Of a stretch of 35,050 nucleotides of DNA, positions 19,894 to 29,464 are shown piece after piece. The notes beneath the pieces are model-generated. The model searched no databases, had not been told where the DNA came from, and saw only the letters and a list, made by a program, of their open reading frames with translations. The translations under genes and the position numbers were made by a program. Position 1 is the stretch's first letter. Each line of letters opens with the position of its first letter. Origin of the DNA: Candidatus Limnocylindrales bacterium (lineage in GTDB: Bacteria > Chloroflexota > Limnocylindria > Limnocylindrales > CSP1-4); the NCBI GenBank assembly GCA_036508975.1, contig DATCGK010000130.1:1-35050 (forward strand), given 5' to 3'.

Positions 19894-20864
19894 CAGGCGG
19901 TCTCCTCGAGGGGCCACGCGGACCAGTCGCCCGCGAACTCGATCTCGAACGAGAGCTCGATCCCGTGGTGCTCGCGGACCTGGCGGCGAACGCTGTCGGC
20001 AAGGGCGCGGACGTCGGCCGCGGTCCCCTGCCGGTCGTTGACGATGAAGTTAGCGTGCTTCTCGGAAACGACCGCCCCGCCGACCCGGCTGCCCTTCAGC
20101 CCCAGCTCGTCGATCAGCCGGCCCGCGGAGTCCCCGGGCGGGTTCCGGAAGACGCTGCCCGCAGATGGGATGCCCAGCGGCTGGTGCTCTCGCCGCCACC
20201 GGCGGATCTCGTCCAGGCGCGCGCGGATCTCGGCCGGATCCGCGGTCCGCAGCCGGAACACCGCCGCGGTGACGATCTCCGCCGGTCCGGTCGCCTCGGT
20301 GGCGCCGCGGTCCTTGAAGCGGCTGTGCCGGTAGGAGAAGCCGAGCTCGGCGGCCGGCAGCACCTGCTCCACGCCGTCCTCCATGAGAACCGTCGCGGAC
20401 TCGAGCACGCCCGCCGTGTCGCTGCCGTGTGCGCCGGCGTTGGCCCAGACGGCCCCGCCCACGGTGCCCGGGATCGCGAGGCCGAACTCCAGCCCCGCCA
20501 GTCCCGCCTGCTGCGTCTCGGTGGCGGCCCGGGCCATCGGGACACCGGCCTCGGCGTGGTAGCGGTCGCCCTCGATGCGCGACGCCTCCGCCTTCGCCTG
20601 GATCACGAGCCCCCGGATGCCGGCGTCCGAGATCACCAGGTTGCTGCCCCGGCCCAGGATGACGAACGGGATGGCGCGGGTGCGGGTGAACCGGACCAGC
20701 GCCCGCAGCTCGAAGGCGTTGTGGGCCACCACGAACAGGTCCGCCGGGCCGCCCACGCGCATCGTGGTGAAGCGGGCCAGGGACTCGTCGCGGACGGTCT
20801 TGACACCGATCCGGCGCTGGATCTCCGTCCCGACGGCAATGGCATCGAAGCCCGCGAAGGTCAC
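19893..20864 (-). CDS. murB: UDP-N-acetylenolpyruvoylglucosamine reductase
   Basis: The GTG at 20864 overlaps the murG stop (GTGA), giving 323 aa. Motifs include LARFTTMRVGGPADLF, ILGRGSNLVISD, GLEFGLAIPGTVGGAVWANAGAHG, AGSVFRNP and VSEKHANFIVN. The 584-aa track ORF is an out-of-gene extension. Confidence 0.9.
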   Translation of the reverse strand: MTFAGFDAIAVGTEIQRRIGVKTVRDESLARFTTMRVGGPADLFVVAHNAFELRALVRFTRTRAIPFVILGRGSNLVISDAGIRGLVIQAKAEASRIEGDRYHAEAGVPMARAATETQQAGLAGLEFGLAIPGTVGGAVWANAGAHGSDTAGVLESATVLMEDGVEQVLPAAELGFSYRHSRFKDRGATEATGPAEIVTAAVFRLRTADPAEIRARLDEIRRWRREHQPLGIPSAGSVFRNPPGDSAGRLIDELGLKGSRVGGAVVSEKHANFIVNDRQGTAADVRALADSVRRQVREHHGIELSFEIEFAGDWSAWPLEETA

Positions 20865-22009
20865 GGGCGGCTCCCCCGGGCCACGGCGTCGATCTCCATG
20901 GCGGTCGGGAGTGGCTCGCGCAGGGCCACGGCCATGACGAGATCGCCCACCGCACCGGCGGCATCGGGCCGGGCCTGGTCGCGGGCCGCGGCCGACATCA
21001 GGGCATGGCGGGTGGGATCGGCGAGGAGCCCGGCCACCTCCACCAGGCTGTCGGCGTCGAGCGCCTCGTCCTCGACCAGCACGGCCGCCCCGGCTTCGGC
21101 GTATGCCTCCGCGTTGCGCCGCTGGTGCCCCGAGGCATGCGGGTATGGGACGATCGCCACCGGGAGCGCGAACGCGGCCGCCTCCGCCAGCGTGGAGGCC
21201 CCGGCCCGCCCGACGAGCAGGTCCGCCGCGGCGAGGGCGTCGGTCATCTCCTCGAACAGGAACGGGAACGGCCGGTAGCGGTCCCGCAGGTCCGCCGGCA
21301 GCGTCTCGCGAGCTGCGATCGCCGGGCCGAAGCCCGCGTCGCCGGTGACGTGCACCACGCGCACGTGCTCCACGAGCCGCGGCAGCGCCCCGAAGACGGC
21401 GTCGTTGATCCGGCGCACGGCCTGTGACCCGCCGAACACCAGGAGGATCCGCTCGCCGGGCCCGCCGCCGAACCTCGCCCGGGCCGCGTCCACGTCCACG
21501 CCGGCCAGGGTGCGGATCGGCGTCCCGGTCAGGTAGCTCCGCGGATGACCCAGGGCAGCGGCCGTCTCCGGGTGGCTGACGGCGACCACGCTCGCCCACC
21601 GGGCGACGAAGCGGACGCTCCGCCCCGGCACCACGTTGCCGTCCCACAGGACGCTCGGGATGCGCAGCAGGCGCGCGGCGAGCAGCGTTGGGATCGCCAC
21701 GTAGCCGCCCGTGGTGAAGATCGCCGCCGGGCGGCGTGCCAGCAGCAGGACCAGGGCCTGCGGGATCGACAGGCCAAGGCGGACGGGATCCAGCACGAGA
21801 TGGACGTCACGTCCCGCGGACCGGAGCGAGCGCAGCAGGAGCCGCCGGAGCGGGATGCCTGCCCCGGGGACGATCGTCCCCTCGAGGCCGCGGTGCCCGC
21901 CGAGCCAGGCGAGATCAGGCGCGCCGGCTCGAGCGCGGAGCGACCGGGCGACGGCGAGGGCCGGGTAGATGTGCCCGCCCGTTCCCCCGCCCGCGATCAG
22001 CAGGCGCAT
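20861..22009 (-). CDS. murG: Undecaprenyldiphospho-muramoylpentapeptide beta-N-acetylglucosaminyltransferase
   Basis: The ATG at 22009 (MRLLIAGGGTGGHIYPALAV) follows GAAAGGAA, giving 382 aa. Motifs include TGGYVAIP, LVFGGSQA and the HQRRNAEAY region. Confidence 0.9.
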   Translation of the reverse strand: MRLLIAGGGTGGHIYPALAVARSLRARAGAPDLAWLGGHRGLEGTIVPGAGIPLRRLLLRSLRSAGRDVHLVLDPVRLGLSIPQALVLLLARRPAAIFTTGGYVAIPTLLAARLLRIPSVLWDGNVVPGRSVRFVARWASVVAVSHPETAAALGHPRSYLTGTPIRTLAGVDVDAARARFGGGPGERILLVFGGSQAVRRINDAVFGALPRLVEHVRVVHVTGDAGFGPAIAARETLPADLRDRYRPFPFLFEEMTDALAAADLLVGRAGASTLAEAAAFALPVAIVPYPHASGHQRRNAEAYAEAGAAVLVEDEALDADSLVEVAGLLADPTRHALMSAAARDQARPDAAGAVGDLVMAVALREPLPTAMEIDAVARGSRP

Positions 22010-23189
22010 CGTTCCAGGTTCCTTTCTCGACCGTTTCTCGCGACACCGAGAGCAGGATGCCCACCGCGGCAAAGCTGACGACCAGCGACGACCCGCCCGC
22101 CGAGACGAACGGTAGCGGGATGCCCGTCACGGGGATCAGACCCACCACGACGGCCATGTTGATGAACGCCTGGATGCAGATCCAGGCCGTGATCCCGGCC
22201 GCCAGGAGGGCGCCGAAGGTATCCGGCGCACCCAGCGCCGTCCGGATGCCCAGGTAGCCGACGGCCAGGAACAGGACGACCACGAGGCCCGCGCCCAGCA
22301 GGCCGAACTCCTCGCCGATGATCGCGAAGATGAAGTCGTTCGACGCGTTCGGCAGGAACAGGCCTCCCGCCAGCCGGCTCTCCCCGAGCCCCGCGCCCAG
22401 CAGCCCGCCGAGCGCGAGGGCGAGGAACCCCTGGATGCTGTGGAACCCGAGGCCGGAGCTGTCGGTCCACGGGTTCAGCCAGGCCGTGATCCGATCCACC
22501 TGGTAGCCGCGCATGAACAGGGCGATGACGACCGGCACCGCGGCCGCGGCCAGGGCCACCAGGTGGATCAGGTTCGCGCCGGCGAGGAAGAACATCGTGA
22601 AGGCGGTGAGGGCGAGCACGACCGTGGTGCCCATGTCCGGCTCCCTGAGCACCAGCATCACGACCGGCGCCACGATCACGAGGAAGGGCACCGTCCCCGA
22701 CCAGAACCCGTGGACGGCGCTCCCGCGCTTGGCGAACCAGTGGGCGAGGTAGATCACCAGCGCGAGCTTCATGAACTCGGCCGGATGGAAGGCGGGCAGC
22801 GGGCCGATCTTCAGCCAGCGGGCGGAGTTGCCGACGACCACCTGGAGCGAGGGCACGAAGACCAGCACGAGGCCGAGCAACGCGACCAGGAATAGCGGCA
22901 CCGAGACGACACGAAGCCAGCGGTAGTCGACCCGCATCATCACGACCATCGCCACGATGCCCAGGGCCGCCCACACGATCTGGGGTCCGACGATCAGGAA
23001 CGTGTCCGCTTCCTTCGAGAGGAAGCTCTTCATCGCCGACGACGAGTAGACCATCAGGATGCCGATGGCCGCGAGGGCGATGATCGCGACCAGGATCCCG
23101 TACTCGGGCTCGTGCTGCTCGCGCTGGACGGTGCTGGCCGGCCGGGCCCGGACGGCCGGGCGCGGGATCGACAGCGGCGTCGTGCTCAT
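21915..23189 (-). CDS. ftsW: Peptidoglycan glycosyltransferase FtsW (SEDS family)
   Basis: 424 aa with about 10 TM segments. Motifs include RWLKIGPLPAFHPAEFMKLALVIYLA, PDMGTTVV, FIFAIIGEEFGLLG and GIPLPFVSAGGSSL. The 3' end overlaps murG by 95 nt. Confidence 0.9.
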   Translation of the reverse strand: MSTTPLSIPRPAVRARPASTVQREQHEPEYGILVAIIALAAIGILMVYSSSAMKSFLSKEADTFLIVGPQIVWAALGIVAMVVMMRVDYRWLRVVSVPLFLVALLGLVLVFVPSLQVVVGNSARWLKIGPLPAFHPAEFMKLALVIYLAHWFAKRGSAVHGFWSGTVPFLVIVAPVVMLVLREPDMGTTVVLALTAFTMFFLAGANLIHLVALAAAAVPVVIALFMRGYQVDRITAWLNPWTDSSGLGFHSIQGFLALALGGLLGAGLGESRLAGGLFLPNASNDFIFAIIGEEFGLLGAGLVVVLFLAVGYLGIRTALGAPDTFGALLAAGITAWICIQAFINMAVVVGLIPVTGIPLPFVSAGGSSLVVSFAAVGILLSVSRETVEKGTWNDAPADRGRGNGRAHLPGPRRRPVAPRSSRRA

Positions 23190-24742
23190 GCGGGCCCTCC
23201 GGTGGCGGGGTCGCGACCAGCGAGGCGGGCCACGGCGGCGATGAACGCGCGGCCCCGTGCCGCATAGTCCTCGAACATGTCGAACGAGGCGGCGGCCGGG
23301 CTCAGCAATACGGTGGCCACGGTCCCCTCGGGGCGCGACGCGAGCGCCTCGCGGGCGTAGCGAGCGGCGAAGCGGACGGCCTCGTCCATCGACTCGGCAC
23401 CGACTGTCCGCCGCAGGCCTGCCTCGGAGAGCCGGCGCATCAGCGACGGCCCGCTCTCGCCGATCAGGACGGCCGCATCGGCGGTGTCTGCGGCGACTCG
23501 CACAAGCTCCGAGAGGTCCACCCCCTTGTCGCGGCCCCCGGCGATGAGCACCACCGGCGCCGGGAAGGCGCGCAGCGCCGCGATCACCGCGTCGGGCTGG
23601 GTGCCCTGGGAGTCGTTGACGAACCGGACGCCGTCCACCAGGCCCACGGGCTGGAGGCGGTGCTCGACCCCGGTGAAGGACGCCGCGGCGCGCCGGATCG
23701 CATCCGGGGCGACACCGAACAGCAGCCCCACGGCGATGGCCGCCAGGGCGTTGGACACGTTGTGGCGCCCCGGGATGGCCAGCTCGTCTACGGGCATGAT
23801 CCCCCCGCCGGGGCCAGTGGCCGCCGTCCCGCCGCCCGCCAGCGGCAGCCGCTCCACGGCCGCGGACACGACCCAGCCGTCCACGACGCCCAGGCCGCCC
23901 GGCAGCGGCCGGTCGTTGCGGTACAGGACCACCGGTGCCGTCCCGAGCCCCGCGTAGCCACCGACGACCGGGTCCTCGATGTTGAGCACCAGGGCCCCGT
24001 CCGGGTCCACCAGCTCGGCGAGGCGTCGCTTGACCCGGCGGTACGCGTCCACGCTGCCGTGCCGGTCCAGGTGGTCCGAGGTGACGTTGGTGTAGACCGC
24101 CACGGTCGTCCCACGTGAGAGTGCCGGCAGCTGGAGCTCCGAGAGCTCCACGACGACGCGGTGCCCGGGGGTGAGCTCGGGCAGCCGCTCCACCAGCGGC
24201 GTCCCGATGTTCCCGCCCAGGAGCGCCGGGTGGACGGGGTCCGCCCCCAGGATCGCGTGGATCAGGGAGGACGTCGTCGTCTTGCCCTTGGTCCCGGTCA
24301 CGCCGATCGTCGGGGCTGGGCAGAGACGGAGGAACAGGTCCGACTCGCTGACGAACGCAGGCGCGTCCGGGTCGCCGGCGGCGCGTGCCGCGACCAGCGC
24401 TCCCAGCTGGGCTCGCAGCCGCGGTTCGGTCGTCGGGAAGTCGGGCGTGATGGACGGGGAGGTCGTCACGAGCGCCGCACCGGCCCAGGTCGTCGCGGGA
24501 TCGACGTCCGGCCCAAGGCGCAGCGTCACGGCGCGGTCCGCGAGCTGGACGATCGACCGTTCCAGCGCCGCGGCCGGGCGGCCGTCGTACACGGTCACGC
24601 GTGCGCCAGCATCGACCAGGAACCGGGCGAGCGCGACGCCGCTCCTCGCCAGGCCGAGCACGGTCACCGGCCGTCCGTCGAAGGCGCCCGCGCGCACGGC
24701 GGCCAGCGTCAGGGCGTCGAGATCGATCGGGCGCACGGTCAT
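23186..24742 (-). CDS. murD: UDP-N-acetylmuramoylalanine--D-glutamate ligase
   Basis: The ATG at 24742 overlaps the mraY stop (ATGA), giving 518 aa. Motifs include VLGLARSG, GVTGTKGKTTT, ELSELQL, GRHNVSNALAA, GVEHRLQ, NDSQGTQPDA, AGGRDKG and LSPAAASFDMFEDYAARG. Confidence 0.9.
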   Translation of the reverse strand: MTVRPIDLDALTLAAVRAGAFDGRPVTVLGLARSGVALARFLVDAGARVTVYDGRPAAALERSIVQLADRAVTLRLGPDVDPATTWAGAALVTTSPSITPDFPTTEPRLRAQLGALVAARAAGDPDAPAFVSESDLFLRLCPAPTIGVTGTKGKTTTSSLIHAILGADPVHPALLGGNIGTPLVERLPELTPGHRVVVELSELQLPALSRGTTVAVYTNVTSDHLDRHGSVDAYRRVKRRLAELVDPDGALVLNIEDPVVGGYAGLGTAPVVLYRNDRPLPGGLGVVDGWVVSAAVERLPLAGGGTAATGPGGGIMPVDELAIPGRHNVSNALAAIAVGLLFGVAPDAIRRAAASFTGVEHRLQPVGLVDGVRFVNDSQGTQPDAVIAALRAFPAPVVLIAGGRDKGVDLSELVRVAADTADAAVLIGESGPSLMRRLSEAGLRRTVGAESMDEAVRFAARYAREALASRPEGTVATVLLSPAAASFDMFEDYAARGRAFIAAVARLAGRDPATGGPA

Positions 24743-25725
24743 GTCATGTCGATCGCGTTGATCGAAGCCATGAACAGGGTGACGCCCAGCAGACCCGCGA
24801 GGATGCCCACGATCCAGAAGCGGAGCGTGATCTTCTCCTCGTCCCAGCCACCCAGCTCGAAGTGGTGGTGGAGCGGGGCCATGCGGAAGACGCGCTTGCC
24901 GCCGGACAGCTTGTAGTACCCGATCTGGATGATGTCCGACATCGTCTCCACGACGAAGATCAGCCCGATCAGGGGCAGCACGAGGATCTGCCCGGTGATG
25001 AGCGCGATCACGGCCAGGGTGGCCCCCAGGGCCAGCGAGCCCGAATCGCCCATGAACACCTGGGCCGGGTGGACGTTGAACCACAGGAAGCCGAGCAGCG
25101 CGCCGATGATCAGCGCGCACAGGAAGGCGGTGTTCGGCTGGGTGGGCTGGTTGAGGATGGCGATGATCAGGAACGAGACGAATGCGAACACGAGCGTGCC
25201 GCCGGCGAGGCCGTCGAGGCCGTCGGTGATGTTGACGCCGTTCGAGGCCGCCACGATCGCGAAGGCTGCGAAGAAGATGTACACGACCGGATCGATCGCG
25301 ACGTCGCCGATGAACGGGACCCGGATCTCGGTGATCTGGTAGGTGCTCTGGATCTGGAACGCGGCCCACAGCGCGAAGACCGTCTGCCACAGGAGCTTCT
25401 GGCGGACCCGGATCCCCTCCCCGGTGCGGGCGTTGAGGTAGTCATCGAAGGCACCCAGCAGGCCCACCAGGGCGAGGGTGGCCAGCGGCGCGATGATGCC
25501 GCCCTGGACCGGCCAGCGGAGGATCACGAAGATCACGAGGACCACCGCGATCAGCAGGAGGCCACCCATCGTGGGCGTTCCCCACTTGGTCATGTGGCTC
25601 TGCGGGCCCTCCTCGCGGATCTGCTTCGCGAACCCGAAGTGCCGCAGCAGGCGGACGTAGGGCGGCATCAGGATCACCACCAGCGCGAAGGCCAGCAGCA
25701 GCCCCTGGATCAGCTCCAGCGTCAC
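24739..25725 (-). CDS. mraY: Phospho-N-acetylmuramoyl-pentapeptide transferase
   Basis: The GTG at 25725 overlaps the murF stop (GTGA), giving 328 aa. Motifs include HMTKWGTPTMGG, GAFDDY, NGVNITDGLDGLA, FMGDSGSLALG and APLHHHFEL. Confidence 0.95.
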   Translation of the reverse strand: MTLELIQGLLLAFALVVILMPPYVRLLRHFGFAKQIREEGPQSHMTKWGTPTMGGLLLIAVVLVIFVILRWPVQGGIIAPLATLALVGLLGAFDDYLNARTGEGIRVRQKLLWQTVFALWAAFQIQSTYQITEIRVPFIGDVAIDPVVYIFFAAFAIVAASNGVNITDGLDGLAGGTLVFAFVSFLIIAILNQPTQPNTAFLCALIIGALLGFLWFNVHPAQVFMGDSGSLALGATLAVIALITGQILVLPLIGLIFVVETMSDIIQIGYYKLSGGKRVFRMAPLHHHFELGGWDEEKITLRFWIVGILAGLLGVTLFMASINAIDMT

Positions 25726-27236
25726 GCCCCCGCCTCCAGTCCGCCGAGGGCAGCCACGAGTCCGTCCACCACGCGCTCCAGGGCCACGCCGCGTGACGCC
25801 TTGACCAGGACGACATCCCCCGGGGCGAGCCGGTCTCCCAGGACCTCGACGGCGGCGGCGGCGTCGGCCACGACCAGCACGCGATCGGGGGCAAGACCCG
25901 CTGCGCGGGCTCCGAGGGCGATCCCCTCCGCGGCCCCGCCCGGGCCGCCGTCCACGACGACCAGGAGGTCCAGCGTGTGCCCCGCAACCTCGCCGACTTC
26001 GCGGTGACCCGTGTCGTGGGCGGATCCCAGCTCCCGCAGCTCGCCCAGCACGGCCACGCGACGGCCTGGCAGGCCGCCGAGGAGCTCCAGGGCGGCACCC
26101 ACGGAACCCGGTGCCGCGTTGTAGCTGTCGTCCACGACCACGACCCCACCGGCGCGGATCACCACCGACCGGTGCGGTGCCGTCGAACGGGCGGCGAGGC
26201 CGGGCAGCAGCTCGTCCAGCTCCAGGCCGGCCGCGAGCCCCGTGGCAGCTGCGGCCAGCGCGTTGTGGACGGCAAGACGGCCCAGGGCCGGGATCGCCAC
26301 CACCCGCTCCCCCGCCGGCGTCACGAGGCGGAAACGCATGCCCTCGAACGCGGCGGAGACAACGTCCGTCGCGCGGACCTCGGCATCCGGGGCGAACCCG
26401 TAGGTGACGACCCGGGCGCATGTGCGCCAGGCCATCGCCAGGACCCTCGCATCGTCTGCGTTGAGGATCGCGAACCCACCGTCGGCGGCGGCCGGCAGGG
26501 CCTCCAGCAGCTCCGCCTTGGCGTCCACGATCGCCTCCAGCGAGCCGATCCGGGACAGGTGGACCGGCTGGATCGCGGTCATGATCCCGATCGACGGCAG
26601 ACCGATCGCGGCCAGGTCGCGGATCTCGCCCCCCACGTACATGCCCATCTCGAGGACCGCCGCGCCGTGCTCGGGCCCGAGGCGCAGCACCGTGAGCGGC
26701 ATGCCCACCTCGTTGTTCTGGTTCCCCTCGGTCCGCAGCGTCTCGTAGCGACACGCGAGCACGCCCGCGACCGCCTCCTTGGTGGATGTCTTGGCGATGC
26801 TCCCGGTGATGCCCACGACGAGCGGGTCGAAGCGGCGGCGCCACGACGCCGCCACGGCGTGGAGCGCGCGCAACGGATCTGCGACGAGCACGACGGTGAC
26901 GTCACCGAGCGCGTCCAGGCCCACCTCGCCGGCCTCCGGCTCGGGGAGGCGGCCCACCAGGAAGGCCGCGGCGCCCGCGCGAGCGGCTGCCGCGAGGAAG
27001 CGGTGGCCGTCCGTCCGCTCCCCGGCCAGCGCGACGAACAGCGACCCGGGCAGCACGAGGCGCGAGTCGACGGCACCTCCCACCACGCGGCGCGCACTCC
27101 GCCGCAGCAGGGTCCCGCCCGTCGCGGCGACCAGGTCGTCCGCGGTCAGGCAGGGACCGACGCCATCGGGCGGGTCGGGAACGGTCGACCGTCCGGGGTC
27201 CGTCACGCCGCGGAGTGTCGCACAGGCGGAGCTCAC
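25722..27236 (-). CDS. murF: UDP-N-acetylmuramoyl-tripeptide--D-alanyl-D-alanine ligase
   Basis: MurF-type motifs are present: GITGSIAKTSTKE, GNQNNEVGMPLTVL, DDSYNAAPGS and LGELRELG. The start is taken as the GTG at 27236 overlapping the ftsI stop (GTGA). The GTG at 27206 is an alternative. Confidence 0.85.
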   Translation of the reverse strand: MSSACATLRGVTDPGRSTVPDPPDGVGPCLTADDLVAATGGTLLRRSARRVVGGAVDSRLVLPGSLFVALAGERTDGHRFLAAAARAGAAAFLVGRLPEPEAGEVGLDALGDVTVVLVADPLRALHAVAASWRRRFDPLVVGITGSIAKTSTKEAVAGVLACRYETLRTEGNQNNEVGMPLTVLRLGPEHGAAVLEMGMYVGGEIRDLAAIGLPSIGIMTAIQPVHLSRIGSLEAIVDAKAELLEALPAAADGGFAILNADDARVLAMAWRTCARVVTYGFAPDAEVRATDVVSAAFEGMRFRLVTPAGERVVAIPALGRLAVHNALAAAATGLAAGLELDELLPGLAARSTAPHRSVVIRAGGVVVVDDSYNAAPGSVGAALELLGGLPGRRVAVLGELRELGSAHDTGHREVGEVAGHTLDLLVVVDGGPGGAAEGIALGARAAGLAPDRVLVVADAAAAVEVLGDRLAPGDVVLVKASRGVALERVVDGLVAALGGLEAGA

Positions 27237-29062
27237 GGGGCTGCCGTGGCGTCCGGCGCCCTGGCCGGTGCGTCGGGGACGAGGAACGGCGTGCTGATGG
27301 CGTCGTGGGCGACCCGGCGGAACAGCTCGAAGGACATGACCGGCATCTCGAGGTGGCCCAGGCGCACGACGGTCGGCGTCCCTTCCTCGATCCGAACGGC
27401 CACGACCAGGTCGGGGTGGCCGGGCTTCCGCCCGATGTAGCCGATGAACGAGTAGTTGAACAGGTTGACCTTCCAGGCACCCTTCTGCGCGTCCCAGATC
27501 TGGGCTGTGCCGGTCTTGCCGCCGACCTCGAACCCGGGGATCAGGGTGCGGGATCGGTAGAAGTCCACCGTGGTCAGCACGTGCTGCATCAGCTTCTGGA
27601 GCGTGGTGGACAGCTGCTCCGTCATGACCCGGCCGCGGCTGACCGGCACCGTCTCGGTATCGCCGATAGCCCTGACCAACCGGGGCTGGACGAGGATCCC
27701 TCCGTTGACCATCGCGGCGAAGGCCTGGGCCAGCTGGATCGGCGTCACGGCCACGCCCTGGCCGAAGGCACCGTTCGCGAGGTCGATCTGCCGCCACGGC
27801 CGCACCGCCGGATCGTTGACGATGCCGGGGACCTCGTTCGCAACGTCGATCCCGGTGGCCGACCCGAACCCGAGGGTTCGCCACTCCTGGTACAGGCGAG
27901 CGGACGCGGCGGCAGTCGTCTTGCCCAGCTTGAACGCCACCTTTGCGGCGACGACGTTGCGCGAGTACGCGATCGCGTCCTCGAACGTCATCACGCCCAT
28001 CCCCTTGTGGTCCGCGTCGTCGACACGGGCCCGACCGTTGTCGAGCGTGAGCGTGCCTACGTCCTTGATCTTCGTCTTCATGGTGACGACGCCGTCGCCC
28101 ACGGCCGCCGCCACGGTCATCATCTTGAACACCGAACCGGGCTCGTAGACCGTGGACACGATCGGGTCGATGAACCGGCCCGGGTCCTCCGCCGCGATCG
28201 CCTGGTAGTCGTTGGCGTCGAAGGACGGGTAGCTCGCGTAGGCGTACACCTCGCCCGAATACGGGTCGAGGACGACGGCGGACACGCGCTTGGCGCGATC
28301 CGCGATCCAGGCGGAGAGGAGCTCCTGCTCCACGGCGACCTGCAGCGAGGCGTCGATGGTGAGGGTGAGATCCTGGCCCGGGTACCCGGCCTGGAGTTGG
28401 GTCGAGGTGTCCGGGACGGTGTTGCCGCTCGCATCCTTCTGCGCGGCGACCAGCGTCGACAGGCCGGCAAGGTCGTCCTGGTAGTACTGCTCGATGCCGT
28501 ACTGGCCCACACCGTCGCGGTTCACGAACCCCAGCACGTGGGCGGCCAGCGACGTGTCCGGTCCCCCGCCCGCCTGTGGATAGAGGCGGACCTGCTCGGG
28601 CTCCAGGACCAGACCGGAGAGCTTCGGGGAGTCACCGTGGCTCAGCTCCCGGATCCTGTCCGACATCGCGGGCTCGAGGTTGCGGGCCAGCACCACGTAC
28701 TCCTTCGCGGAGGTCATGCGGTCCGTGAGGTTGGTCGCCGCGTCGCCCGTGAGCCCCAGCAGCTCCACCAGGCTCGCGGCCACCGCGGCCCGGCGCTCCG
28801 GGTCAAGCTTCTTCGGATAGGCCGCCAGCCGGTCACGAGCGATGCTCGTCGCCAGCACCACCGTTCCGGTGCGGTCGTAGATCGACCCGCGATGGGCCGG
28901 GATCACGGACGTCATCGACGATTGCTGCACGGCCAGTGCGGCGAGCTCGTCGCGCTGGACAACCTGCCAGTACGCGAGGCGCACCCCGAGCGTCCCCGCC
29001 ACCAGCACGAAGGCGACGAGAATCAGGAGCGCGCGTCCGCGGGAGTCCGTCCGGCCGAGCAT
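27233..29062 (-). CDS. ftsI: Class B penicillin-binding protein / division transpeptidase FtsI
   Basis: 609 aa with an N-terminal TM anchor and a dimerisation domain. Transpeptidase motifs are SVFK (SxxK), SRN (SxN) and KTGT. Confidence 0.9.
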   Translation of the reverse strand: MLGRTDSRGRALLILVAFVLVAGTLGVRLAYWQVVQRDELAALAVQQSSMTSVIPAHRGSIYDRTGTVVLATSIARDRLAAYPKKLDPERRAAVAASLVELLGLTGDAATNLTDRMTSAKEYVVLARNLEPAMSDRIRELSHGDSPKLSGLVLEPEQVRLYPQAGGGPDTSLAAHVLGFVNRDGVGQYGIEQYYQDDLAGLSTLVAAQKDASGNTVPDTSTQLQAGYPGQDLTLTIDASLQVAVEQELLSAWIADRAKRVSAVVLDPYSGEVYAYASYPSFDANDYQAIAAEDPGRFIDPIVSTVYEPGSVFKMMTVAAAVGDGVVTMKTKIKDVGTLTLDNGRARVDDADHKGMGVMTFEDAIAYSRNVVAAKVAFKLGKTTAAASARLYQEWRTLGFGSATGIDVANEVPGIVNDPAVRPWRQIDLANGAFGQGVAVTPIQLAQAFAAMVNGGILVQPRLVRAIGDTETVPVSRGRVMTEQLSTTLQKLMQHVLTTVDFYRSRTLIPGFEVGGKTGTAQIWDAQKGAWKVNLFNYSFIGYIGRKPGHPDLVVAVRIEEGTPTVVRLGHLEMPVMSFELFRRVAHDAISTPFLVPDAPARAPDATAAP

Positions 29063-29077
29063 CGGTGTCCGGGCCGC

Positions 29078-29461
29078 CTAGCGGGCCGTGATGACTTCGG
29101 GCTCGGGCAGCGGGCCGAGGCCTGCGCCGATTGCGAGCTTGCGGATGGCGGGTGCCTTGCCCAGGCGGTTGAGCTCGTTGCGCAGGTCCTGGGCCTGGGC
29201 CTGGAGCCGCATCTCCTGCGTCGCGAGACGATCCATCTCGTACCCGGTCGCGGACACCCGGATGTCCTGCGAGAGCGAGAAGAAGGCCGCCGCGAAGGCG
29301 ATCACGATCGCAGACAGCAGGAGCGCCATCCTGGACGGACCGCGACGTGCCCGGACGGCGGCCCGCGTGCGGCGGCGCGGCAGCGTCGGCGCGTGGGGCT
29401 CAACGCGCGGGCGCCGAGGCAGGACGATGGTGCGCGCGCGCGCGCCCTGGTAGACGGCCAT
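29078..29461 (-). CDS. ftsL: FtsL-like cell division protein (bitopic, coiled coil)
   Basis: 127 aa. It has an Arg-rich N-terminus, one TM helix (MALLLSAIVIAFAAAFFSL), a heptad-like segment (EMDRLATQEMRLQAQAQDLRNELNRL) and then IRKLAIGAGLGP. Its position between rsmH and ftsI fits. Confidence 0.7.
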   Translation of the reverse strand: MAVYQGARARTIVLPRRPRVEPHAPTLPRRRTRAAVRARRGPSRMALLLSAIVIAFAAAFFSLSQDIRVSATGYEMDRLATQEMRLQAQAQDLRNELNRLGKAPAIRKLAIGAGLGPLPEPEVITAR

Positions 29462-29464
29462 CTG

